This document shows positions 1 through 5,049 of a stretch of 5,049 nt of DNA, one piece after another (position 1 is the first letter of the stretch; each line of letters opens with the position of its first letter). Below the pieces are notes generated by a model. The model was not told the origin of the DNA. It saw only the letters and a list, made by a program, of their open reading frames with translations, and did not search any database. Origin of the DNA: Amoeboaphelidium protococcarum X5 (taxonomy: Eukaryota > Fungi > Aphelidiomycota); contig JALDTO010000169.1 of NCBI GenBank assembly GCA_023515725.1, forward strand, positions 1-5,049, given 5' to 3'. The translations under genes were made by a program, and so were the position numbers.

Positions 1-37
1 GAGATCTATCACTCATAATCATGATATTTTTGATCAT
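1..37. repeat. 37-bp exact terminal direct repeat, copy 1
   Basis: gagatctatcactcataatcatgatatttttgatcat is identical to 5013-5049. Confidence 0.98.
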
Positions 38-76
38 TTTTCAACCTTAGACGATCCGTTTCAGTACACTCTCACA
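1..76 (-). repeat. First 76 nt of the 3' LTR (truncated by the window edge)
   Basis: Minus strand begins TGTGAGAGT at 76, directly after a purine-rich tract, and includes the terminal repeat. An alternative TG start at 68 cannot be excluded. Confidence 0.72.
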
Positions 77-88
77 CTTTCGCCTACT
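77..88 (-). promoter_or_regulatory. 3' polypurine tract (plus-strand primer)
   Basis: AGTAGGCGAAAG (10 of 12 purines), 8 nt after the pol stop and abutting the TG of the inferred LTR. Confidence 0.7.
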
Positions 89-96
89 GTCGGATC

Positions 97-3000
97 TCAC
101 TCATTCTCTATAGACTTCGAATCTCTCAATCCAAGCCCACTAATCAGCCGCTCAGTGACTCCAACTGGTAACGGTTTCGTGAGTAAATCTGCTAGCTAAT
201 CGTTAGTCGATACATACTAAAGAATTACCCTACCACTCTCAGTTAACTCTCTTACAAAGAAATACCTGACTTCAATATGCTTAGTCCTACCAAAGTGTTC
301 AGGATTCTTGCAAATTTTAATACAACTTTAGTTATCCTCCATCAGAGTCATTGGATGAGTCGCAATTACCTCCAGCGATTTTTACAACTCATTTAATAAA
401 GTGCCACGACTTTTAACATTGATGTAAATCTCAGACATAAGCTCTTGCATCCAACATATCTCTTAACACACCGCAGCCGCTGCATAGTATTCAGCCTCTG
501 TTGAGCTCAATGCCACTTATGCTTAACCTTTAGATTTCCAGATAATTGCAGCTCCGCACATTACAATAACATACCCGGTAGTTGATCTTCTGGTCAATTT
601 ATCATTAGCATAATCAGCGTCAGCATATGCTACCGGCATGAGATCAGAACGACCATCATAAATCAACGAGTAACTGCGAGTACCACTCAAATACCTCAAC
701 ACACGATTAGCTGCGACAACCGATTTCGCGGTTGGCTTCTCCAAATCCCGACTCAATTAACTCACGGCAAACGCGATATCAGGACGCGTCCCAACCATCA
801 AATACATCAGGCTCCCAACAACCGCTCTATAAGGATACTGATTTACATCTGCTTGAGCTTAATGGGTTTGCTTATCAGCGGATTCAACAAATGGAGTACT
901 GACACTTTTGCAACCATCCATGCCAAACTTTTCCAATACTCTCTATAAGTAAGACTGTTAGTCAAGACTAATAAGCTTCTTAGAACGATTGCGTGACACC
1001 TTGATCCCGACGATATGTTCAGTCTCTCCCAGGTCTTTCATGTCAAACTGATCAGAAAGCTCCTTTTTGATTCTGTTAATTTATTCAATGTCCTGGTCAA
1101 TTATCAGTAGATCATCCACATAGACTACAATTAGTGAGAGAAACCCACCACTGGATCTGATATATAAACAATTATCAGCCCGACAGCGTCGAAATCCAAT
1201 CTTTCGCAAATACTTATTCAAAGTGCTGTTCCAACATTTAGGCGCTTGCTTTAAACCATAAAGACTTCTCAGCAGCCTCAAGACTTATCCCTCAAATTCA
1301 GTCCCTTCAGGTCCCTTCATATAAACCTCATCTTCCAATAGTCCGTTTAAGAACGCAGTGCTTACATCCATCTGGTGAATCTCTAAATTTAGATAAGCTG
1401 CCAGAGCAATGACCAGTCTGATCGTATTGAACTTAGCCACTGGCGCAAACGTTTCAGAGTAGTCAACTCCTTTAACTTGACGAAATCCTTGAATCACCAA
1501 CCTCGCCTTGTATCGTTCAATGGATCCATCGGACTTCAGTTTGATCTTGAAGATCCACCTACAAGGGAGCGCTTTCTTATCCTTCGGCAGAGGCATCCTT
1601 TTCCAAGTGCAATTCTTAATGAGACTTGCCAGCTCATCTGCAATAGCCTATTTCCACAACGGCCATTCTGGCAACACCATAGCCTCCTTAATACTCTTCG
1701 GTGTTTTTGGCATGTCCTGCACCATTCCCACTAAACTACTAAAACACGATGTTACCTTACACTCATCAGCTTCAACGTTTGCGAGGTCCTTCAATACATC
1801 GTCAATCAAGTATTCAATAATAGTGTCATCAAGCTTTTACTGCTAAACTGTATTCTTTTACAGCACTAGCGCAAGTAAGCTCATCATTGGTGTGTTACCA
1901 TTCATATCAATATGGAGCTATTTAGCTAAACGCCGCAACCTCCTAGACACCTTAATGTCTCTCAACTCATACTCTAAACTGTCCTTACTGCTCTCCTACA
2001 GTTTCGACATTTCCTCCTCTTCAACCGGACTTCCGTAATTCGACTCAGACGATAACACTCTCTCATCAACGTCGTGCAAATTATCCACCTCATGCGTAAT
2101 CATTACATTCTGATTACTTTCACTCCCCTCATCTTAAACGCTTTAAGCGCTTAACTCATTCTCTAAACTCTGCTCTAATTCTTCCCTGGTAGTAAGCAGC
2201 TTAGTACTCTCTCTACCGTTCGGTCCTGGTTAAATCTATTACAAATGCTCCAGACTTGTTGATAACTCTCCATCTATCTCATTAACATGCTCATTACTAC
2301 ATTGCTCTAATCCTTATCTTTCGCCCAATGTAGTAGACTCTGTGCTTTCGCCTAATCCATAGCCACCAGTCTATGGCTCACCAAGGGACTAATCACGAAT
2401 GTCATTCCACAGCGCATCAATCTCAGCCTATCGTTCAGGCGACACAAGTGTCTCATTATCTGTAAGAAACTTCACCTCATCCCAAGGCACAACGATTATT
2501 GCTCTAGACTCAGTCAGTACAAAGTAGCCACCAGTCGCATATCCAAGAAAATGCCCGAATCCTACTTTGGAAGAGAATTTGAATGAGTCCTTTCTTGCCT
2601 GTTTGGGAATGAAATATGCAACTTTGCTTCCCCACCTGCGTAGATGATCATACGATGGTGCTTTACCATGATATACCTCATATGGGCTAACATGAGCAAC
2701 TCCTGCTTTATTTCTGGCTTTAGTGTAGGTACGATTAGCCACGTGCACAAAGGTCTCAACTGCATATCCCCAATATGTTCTGGCAAGTGAGCAGCTTAGT
2801 AACATAGCTGTAACACCTTCGACTATGCGCCGATTGTACCGCTCAACGACACCATTGAGCTGAGGAGTATATCGAGGCACTAGATGGAGCAGAATACCAT
2901 TCTAAAGACATCGTCTGAGAAACTCATTGGAAATAAATTCACCACCTTGGTCGCAGCGAATCGTATTAATGCGTTAGTCAGTTTCCACCCTCATCCGACT

Positions 3001-4917
3001 ATACACATTCTCAAAAGTACTCATTGCTTCATCCTTGGAATGTAGGAGACCTGCCCAGCAGTAACCGGAGTAGTCATCTACAATTGTGAGTATATAGTTT
3101 TACTTGGATGGCGTTTACACTCCGATGGGCCCGATGAGATCCATGTGAACTAATTCTAAAACACGTCCTGACCTAAGCAACAATGTCCCATCCGATTAAT
3201 AGAAGTCTTGACTGCGAGAGAAGGATGCGCGAGTGGATTTGGCTTAAATGCATGGATTACATGACTTTATTTTCTCATAGTCATTTTCATTCTCTTCAAT
3301 ATCAATTCCCAAGACACCATTCTTGATCAACTCCTTCAAAAGTCATGGATTAGAATGACCAAGTAACTCATGCAGCTCAAGGACAGAGATAGGCGCCGCG
3401 GCTAATACTTTCGGCTCAGATTCTTAAGTAAATTAATCCATAAGACCCAAACGTGCCACTTCAACGGGCGGTACTACCTTAATATCCATCACAAAAAGGT
3501 CCTCCATATCTCCATTAGCCTGCAATTCACCTGTAGCGATGATTTCATTCTAATTCTTCACCACCACCTAGCCATTATTAAAGAGGGCGGACATTTCCTT
3601 AGACTTACTGAACTTATTCACGGGGAAGAGGTTATACCCAAACATTGGGCTGTACCAAACCTCGGACGCCATGACATAACTCTTATTATTGGCTACGTCG
3701 TACTCGAAGAACATTCGTCCCTTTCCGACGATAGCCACCCGATTTGCGGCATCGGCGGTGCGACACAAACCAGGCTCCTCGACGTAGTCAATCAGCCAGT
3801 CCTTTCTGCACGTGACAAACGCCGTGGAGCCACTGTCACATACCCATGACATTGAGTCCGCTTGAATATCCAACGCTGTGGCACAAGAAATAATCTTCGC
3901 CATTACTGCCGTGATCTTGGATCTTTGCTTGGAACGATAGGGGTTCTCCTTTTGCCACCCGGGTGGTCTTTTACTCACGCCACCGCCTCCATCATACCAA
4001 CAGCTTTCAATAGCATGACCTTTAGCACCACAGTTAGAGCATTTATCTCCATAGGCAACTTTATCAAAGCTTCTCTTGACTCCTGCAACCGGAGAGGTCT
4101 TCTTCTCTTTTTCAATGGCTGCAGCCGCCGCAGCCGTGGCCAGCTACATCAACTCAGAATTCACAGCAGATGGTTCACGCGCCTCTACCACTTTAAGATT
4201 TTGAGCCTTTAAAGATTTTGTACGAACCAGCTTAGACTCATGCAGAGTGAGAACTCGCGTAAACTATTCAGTAGTGTATGATTTACCACTCACAGTAGAG
4301 TTGATGTTCAACAATGATTTCAGATCACTATAATCAGCAGTATCTGGCAATCTCTCAATCACCAGGCTGGGCAGCGTTTCCAAAGTGTACGTTTTATCTC
4401 CGAGATCATTTAGCTGAGCCACAAGTTGCTTGAGACGTTACATGAACGTCACCGAATCATCTGCAAATGGCAGAGTGCGGATCTCATCGCGAAGTTCGAG
4501 AATATGCTCCGTAGAGTTCTGATTCCAGAACTTTTTAATCTATTCGATCGCATCGAACGCGTATACACAATCTAGGACGTGAAATACGAAGCGTGACTCT
4601 ACTGATTTCTGAACCAGGGACAAAGCAGCACTATTCTGCTCATGCAGTTTATCAACCATCTGTTCATATTCCTTGCTAAACATACGCTTCACCTTCTTCT
4701 TCTTCCCTTTCTTATCAATTCTCTTTCCATACTTGTTGAAACACTTCAATTTGGCATCGATTATCTACTGAGGAGTCATAAGCTATTTCAACTGCTTACA
4801 TCCCTTTTCAGTCATTATAGCTGTAAGGTTACGAGCGTTTGCATTGATCTTCAGAGAATTATCCCACGATAGCAAGTTATTTCCATTAAATTTAACACCA
4901 TCATAATCTTGAGCCAT
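97..4917 (-). CDS. gag-pol: Single-frame Gag-Pol polyprotein, 1606 codons when TAA/TAG are read as Gln; one internal in-frame TGA at 3343-3345
   Basis: Track ORFs with high coordinates 756, 1281, 1596, 2880, 3978 and 4749 share one frame. Manual translation of the gaps continues copia motifs with no frameshift. The first ATG after the upstream in-frame TGA (5005-5007) is at 4917 (MAQDYDGVKFNGNNLLSWD, a copia Gag N-terminal motif). The frame ends ...LGLRDSKSIENE-TGA at 97-99. Confidence 0.9.
121..630 (-). other. RNase H domain (copia type)
   Basis: YADADYA, RRSTTGY, WKSKG(Q), VALSSTEAEY, EDN(Q)SCI, RTKHIEVRYFFVRE, D(Q)LADLLTKPL. The acidic catalytic residues are intact. (Q) marks a TAA/TAG codon. 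Confidence 0.94.
640..1665 (-). other. Reverse transcriptase (copia / RVT_2 type)
   Basis: WKQAIADEL, CRWIFKIK, YKARLV, HQMDVSTAFLNG, SLYGLKQ, YVDD (1111-1122), FDMKDLG, PYRAVVGSLMYL, TRPDIAFAV, RVLRYLSGT. Confidence 0.96.
2345..2354 (-). promoter_or_regulatory. Candidate central polypurine tract
   Basis: TAGGCGAAAG is identical to the last 10 nt of the 3' PPT (77-86). A 9/10 copy, TGGGCGAAAG, lies at 2318-2327. Confidence 0.5.
2461..3378 (-). other. Integrase (HHCC zinc finger, D-D-35-E core, copia GKGY-like C-terminal region)
   Basis: HELLGH...CNPC; LELVHMDLIGP (Asp 3139-3141); IVDDYSGY; IRCDQGGEF (Asp 2950-2952); YTPQLNGVVERYNR (Glu 2842-2844, 35 residues between it and the second Asp); SPYEVYHGKAPSYDHLRRWGS; GHFLGY. 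Confidence 0.93.
3601..3849 (-). other. Aspartic protease domain
   Basis: SWVCDSGSTAFV with the catalytic Asp codon at 3835-3837, followed by IVGKGRM and EVWYSPMFGYNLFPV, matching copia PR G.G and V.YVP...NLLSV motifs. Confidence 0.88.
4000..4041 (-). other. Nucleocapsid CCHC zinc knuckle
   Basis: CSNCGAKGHAIESC matches C-X2-C-X4-H-X4-C. Confidence 0.93.
4000..4917 (-). other. gag: Gag region
   Basis: N-terminal KFNGNNLLSW motif, central LVIERLPDTADY (copia Gag LP..Y-like motif), ending in a CCHC knuckle. Boundaries are approximate. Confidence 0.8.
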
Positions 4918-4927
4918 GATGAAATAC

Positions 4928-4938
4928 TGAGGATAAAA
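4928..4938 (-). promoter_or_regulatory. Putative non-tRNA (self-priming) primer binding site
   Basis: TTTTATCCTCA directly follows the inferred LTR-terminal CA, does not start with TGG, and is the exact reverse complement of LTR sequence TGAGGATAAAA (minus strand 4990-4980). Confidence 0.62.
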
Positions 4939-4986
4939 TGTAAGAATTAATAAAATGTTAGTATCAGTAAGATATTGTATTTTATC

Positions 4987-5015
4987 CTCAAAGGTGAAGA
5001 GATATCACCTTTGAG
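4987..5015. repeat. Perfect inverted repeat in the LTR (11-bp stem, 7-nt loop)
   Basis: ctcaaaggtga (4987-4997), loop agagata, tcacctttgag (5005-5015). Confidence 0.9.
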
Positions 5016-5049
5016 ATCTATCACTCATAATCATGATATTTTTGATCAT
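5013..5049. repeat. 37-bp exact terminal direct repeat, copy 2
   Basis: Identical to 1-37. Confidence 0.98.

Larger units (their letters stand above)
1..5049 (-). mobile_element. Ty1/copia (Pseudoviridae-type) LTR retrotransposon; complete internal region, partial LTR at each window end
   Basis: Minus-strand order Gag CCHC, protease DSG, integrase HHCC/DD35E, RT YVDD, RNase H. Integrase upstream of RT is diagnostic of copia. Copia RT motifs are present (YKARLVIQG, ETFAPV, HQMDVSTAFLNG, SLYGLKQAP). There is a terminal direct repeat, a PPT and TG...CA ends. Confidence 0.97.
4939..5049 (-). repeat. Last 111 nt of the 5' LTR (truncated by the window edge)
   Basis: Minus strand ends ...ATTCTTACA at 4939, an imperfect (7/9) inverted repeat of the LTR start TGTGAGAGT. 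An alternative end ...CTAACA at 4956 is possible. Confidence 0.68.

Noticed and set aside
1-37. 37-bp repeat as a CRISPR repeat or phage terminal repeat
   Set aside because: Only two copies 5 kb apart, lying within the LTR of a eukaryotic retroelement, with no spacers, cas genes or phage genes.
1477-1846. Plus-strand ORFs 1477-1734 and 1508-1846
   Set aside because: Antisense to RT and the linker, with no recognisable motifs; shadow ORFs.
1138-2259. Long TGA-free stretch in plus frame 1 if read with table 6
   Set aside because: With only one stop codon long open stretches are expected. This one reflects a local lack of TCA Ser codons in pol, and it has no early ATG.
2562-2786. Alternative-frame minus-strand ORF (74 aa)
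   Set aside because: Overlaps the integrase core out of frame and has no motif support.
3960-4145. Gag-pol ribosomal frameshift site, or an extra env-like ORF elsewhere in the element
   Set aside because: Gag and pol are in the same frame, and only 8 nt separate the pol stop from the PPT, leaving no room for an extra ORF.
3862-4872. Plus-strand ORFs 3862-4212 and 4642-4872
   Set aside because: Antisense shadows of gag. The Leu/Phe run mirrors the Lys-rich Gag patch.
97-4917. Degenerate pseudogene riddled with random nonsense mutations
   Set aside because: The 44 TAR to 1 TGA ratio, absence of frameshifts, intact catalytic motifs and stops at Gln columns are not what neutral decay produces.
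97-4917. Fungal RIP (CpA to TpA) converting CAA/CAG into TAA/TAG
   Set aside because: RIP strong enough to hit over half of the Gln codons should also turn His and Cys into Tyr, Met into Ile and Trp into stops. The conserved His, Cys and Trp residues I checked (CCHC, HHCC, VHMD, HQMD, KHI, WKSK, CRW, SWVCD) are intact, and CA/TG dinucleotides remain common. A formal RIP index was not computed.
4933-4958. Direct repeat ataaaatgt (4933-4941 and 4950-4958) giving an alternative LTR end at 4956
   Set aside because: Not preferred, because the 4939 end matches the LTR start over a longer stretch and abuts the complementary 11-mer. It is not fully excluded.

Overview
The whole window is one Ty1/copia LTR retrotransposon on the minus strand, with domain order Gag(CCHC)-PR-IN-RT-RNase H. 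The six retroelement-like minus-strand ORFs in the track are all in one frame. They are pieces of a single 1606-codon gag-pol frame, from ATG at 4917 to TGA at 97-99. By hand count it contains 44 in-frame TAA/TAG codons (25 TAA, 19 TAG), several exactly where copia proteins have a conserved Gln. The element is therefore written in a non-standard code (TAA/TAG = Gln, translation-table-6-like) rather than being a decayed pseudogene. One internal TGA (3343-3345) remains, in the integrase zinc finger. The window ends share an exact 37-bp repeat, which allows a short LTR of about 150 bp (TG...CA) to be reconstructed. No tRNA-type primer binding site is visible. Instead, the 11 nt directly after the LTR end are perfectly complementary to a sequence inside the LTR, the layout of Tf1-type self-priming. 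The 3' polypurine tract is duplicated near the centre of the element (candidate central PPT). All counts are by hand and no database searches were run.
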